A stretch of DNA of 64,000 nt from Mytilus edulis. Taxonomy: Eukaryota. Position 1 is the stretch's first letter. Every line of letters starts with the position of its first letter. The notes beneath the pieces are model-generated. The model ran no database searches. It saw only the letters and a program-made list of their open reading frames with translations, and had not been told where the DNA came from. A program made the position numbers and the translations under genes. The DNA lies in NCBI RefSeq assembly GCF_963676685.1, contig NC_092352.1:73284001-73348000 (forward strand). The letters are read 5' to 3'. This document shows, in pieces, positions 60,723 through 64,000 of the stretch.

Positions 60723-63066
60723 AAATGCCTCTTTAATAGGGCCTGCAGGTGAAGACTTAAAAGCCTGTGCCCCTCATCAAGGTCTATGTGCATCCTAATC
60801 AATGGACTCTCTAAAACATTGTAGACAATGTAATGTTATTCATGACTAAATTCTCTTATTTCTCAAACTTGTTTTGTTGTTTGTTTTTTCTTACCAATTC
60901 TTGCAATACCAATTAAAGGCCTGAAATGACAAAATCATGTGGAAATGACTATTTTGTGATCCGTAATAGTAAAGGTTATTTTATCAATGTTGTAATTAGC
61001 ATGATTAGATCTTTAAATATAGTTTACATTGGCATAAATATCGATTTTGTCATCAGCAAAGGAGAAGGTTCACGAAGGGTTAAAATTGGCCCTAATTTTT
61101 TTAAGGTTTTTTAATTCGGGCCAAAAAATTACAAAATTTCACATCACATCAAAATACTTTTGATAATACTTGTACTATTAAAACAAAAATATATTTTCTG
61201 GTATTTTCTTTTACAATTTATAAAGCTATGACCCCTTAAATTAACATTCTTTGAATTTTAAATAAAATTAAGGTCAATTTTGGTACTTTTTTCCATAATT
61301 AAAATTTAATTGTTTTTGGCATACAATGAACCTTGGCCTCCTTCCACGATCAAAAAAAGTTTTTATATTGATGAATTCTATATCAAAACTGGATTCTTTT
61401 AGTTACAACACATTTTGGATCATAGGTGGCGGCCAAGGTGTTTCGAAAGCGTTTTATAGGTGTGAAAATTGCACAAAATCATCATATTTTAACTATATAG
61501 ATATATGTCCAAAATGGGCTTATTTTGGAGAATATTATATACTGTTATGATAAGGGATTCAGTGAATACCGACTTTGATGTAAAATGGTACTTCCTACTC
61601 CATTCTATTTGCAACGTTTATAATCTGGTATTTAGCTAAACCATTAGATAAATGATGTAAGCGGCATACGCAGTTATAAATAAATGATATAAGCAACCGC
61701 ATGGCACAATTTTTGCATTCCCCACCCACCCATCCCAGTAGCATTATTGAATGGGTGTGGTTAAGCATAGATTATATATATCACTTTTGCATTATATCAA
61801 TTATAGGATACTACATGTATTATTATTTTTATTTTTCTATCTTTTGTCATTATTCATATATGTTTTAGCTTTCAGAATTGCATTTTGAATTGACTTTAAA
61901 GGAATATAAAGCATTTGGGGATTGTCTACCCTTCATTGTACTGATTGCATTAATAATTGCATTTTCTTATTATTAAAATTTGGCCCATTACACAGCCTTA
62001 TGTTTATCATGTTTATTTACCATATATATATATATTGCCAAACTTGGAATCAAAAAAAGAATGGATGTATATTTAGCATTAAGACTTTTGAAATAGACCC
62101 ATTTACGAACCAAATTTTGACCTTCTTGGTATTTAATGATAAACTTGATATTTAAGGCCATTTATTTTAGAAACAGGGACATTTGGTCCGTAACAATTAT
62201 TTTTATGTCAATGTCGATTAAGATGTTGAAACTTTATTTGATGTTACCTTATTTTCGAAACATTTACATATTTCTCAGCTAATCATGCACTATAATTATG
62301 AAAACACGAGTTGATCACATTTTTTTTTATCAAACTGACTTCTGAGTAACGGGCAAACCACAGAATAAACATGTTAAATAAGAATTGAAAATTATATTAT
62401 ACGAGTTTCTTATACTATGTTCCTAATTTTGTCATTTTTTTAAAGGGAGACGGATTTATATAAGTTTTTCTTGTTTCCGAATCCCTGTATTTATATTGTA
62501 TAATTATATTTTGTGCACTTTTTGAAATAAAGGTCATTTTGTGCCGTAAGTGAACCTTGTCCTTTAAACATTTAACTAAACATTGCTAAATTTGTATTCT
62601 TTTCAAACGTTTTTTTCATTTACCAGTGTATGTTACTTTATTTGGCATTTTGTCTAAGGTCATGTTTGTCTGCCTGATATCGGTTTACATTTAAATTTTT
62701 ACCCCCTTCTTTCTTTTTTAATTTATTTTGTGTATTGTGTCATAGATCAAATTTATTTGTTCAATGAATGTTCACTTGTTTTTGTTAATCATGTTAATAA
62801 ATGTTGAGCCTTTTCAATTGATGTCTTTCTATGTCAGTCAGGGGTACTACTTGTACAAGTTAATTTTATTTACTGGAAGAAGTAAAAAAAAATATACACA
62901 TATAAGTAAATAAATAACGTTTGAATAATCTCCCCTTAATTTTCTCAAAAATTTACTTGTATGAGTAAATTTTTCTTTCAATCCCACAAAAATAACGACA
63001 AAAATCCTGAAGTTTTGAGATGTAAAATCATGCCTTTAATGATTTTTCCTAGGTTTGCTAATTTTT

Positions 63067-64000
63067 AGCTCACCTGGCCTAAAAGGCCAAGTGAGCTTTT
63101 CTCATCACTTGGCGTCCGTCGTCCGGCATCCGTCGTCCGTCGTCGTCGTTAACTTTTACAAAAATCTTCTCCTCTGAAACTACTGGGCCAAATTAAACCA
63201 AACTTGGCCACAATCATCATTGGGGTATCTAGTTTAAAAAATGTGTCCGTGGACCCGGCCAACCATCCAAGATGGCCGCCATGGCTAAAAATAGAACATA
63301 GGGGTAAAATGCAGTTTTTGGCTTATAACTCAAAAACCAAAGCATTTAGAGCAAATCTGACATGGGGTAGAATTGTTAAATAGGTGAAGATCTATCTGCC
63401 CTGAAATTTTCAGATGAATCCGATAACCCGTTGTTGGGTTGCTGCCCCTGAATTAGTAATTTTAAGAAAATTTTGCTGTTTTTGGTTATTATCTTGAATA
63501 TTATTATAGATAGAGATAAACAGTAAACAGCAATAATGTTCAGCAAAGTAAGATTTACAAATAAGTCAACATGACTGAAATGGTCAGTTGACCCCTTTAG
63601 GAGTTATTGCCCTTTATAGTCAATTTTTAACCATTTTTCGTAAATCTTAGTAATATTTTACAAAAATCTTCTCCTCTGAAACTACTGGGCCAAATTAATC
63701 CAAACTTGGCCACAATCATCTTTTAGATTAGTAGTTTGAAAAATGTGTCCGGTGACCCGGCCATCAAACCAAGATGGCCGCCATGGCTAAAAATAGAACA
63801 TGGGGTAAAATGCAGTTTTTGGCTTATAACTCAAAACCCAAAGCATTTAGAGCAAATCTGACAGGGGTAAAATTGTTTATCAGTTCAAGATCTATCTGCC
63901 CTGAAATTTCCAGATGAATCGGACAACCTGTTGTTGGGTTGCTGGCCCTGAATTAGTAATTTTAAGGAAATTTTGCTCTTTTTGGTTATTATCTTGAATA
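63067..64000 (+). mobile_element. HINE-like element (same family as 9945-13871), runs off the window end
   Basis: Same 5' hairpin, microsatellite and ~500-bp units. Confidence 0.82.

Noticed and set aside
61058-62565. Possible Kolobok-like element (aaaggagaaggttcac / gtgaaccttgtccttt)
   Set aside because: Only a 16-bp imperfect inverted match, TTAA on one flank only and no coding remnant; too weak to call.

Overview
AT-rich, intron-rich animal genomic DNA. The repeat families and the RING-less B-box/NHL gene suggest a bivalve such as Mytilus (inference). The + strand carries the 3' part of a tubulin-specific chaperone D gene (TBCD): 26 coding exons reconstructed by eye from 2770 to the stop at 40060, all GT-AG with consistent phases; the 5' part lies before the window. 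The - strand carries a single-coding-exon TRIM-like B-box/coiled-coil/NHL gene (43644-45329) and a ~17-finger C2H2 zinc-finger gene (57814-60159). Introns and intergenic DNA hold Helentron/HINE-type elements with ~502-bp internal satellite units, Deu/Nin-type tRNA-SINEs, decayed Tc1, hAT and Sola2-like DNA transposons, and MITEs. The most unusual signal is that several TBCD exon-intron junctions have been tandemly amplified. A 60-bp unit (splice acceptor + first ~13 codons of exon 16) is repeated ~47 times over 2.85 kb. There is also a 57-bp acceptor unit x3, a ~38-40-bp donor unit ~18-20 times (GT mostly changed to GC) and a 65-bp donor duplication. Nearly all decoy splice sites lead to a stop or frameshift. 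Exon numbers refer to this window only. Everything was read by eye and no searches were run.
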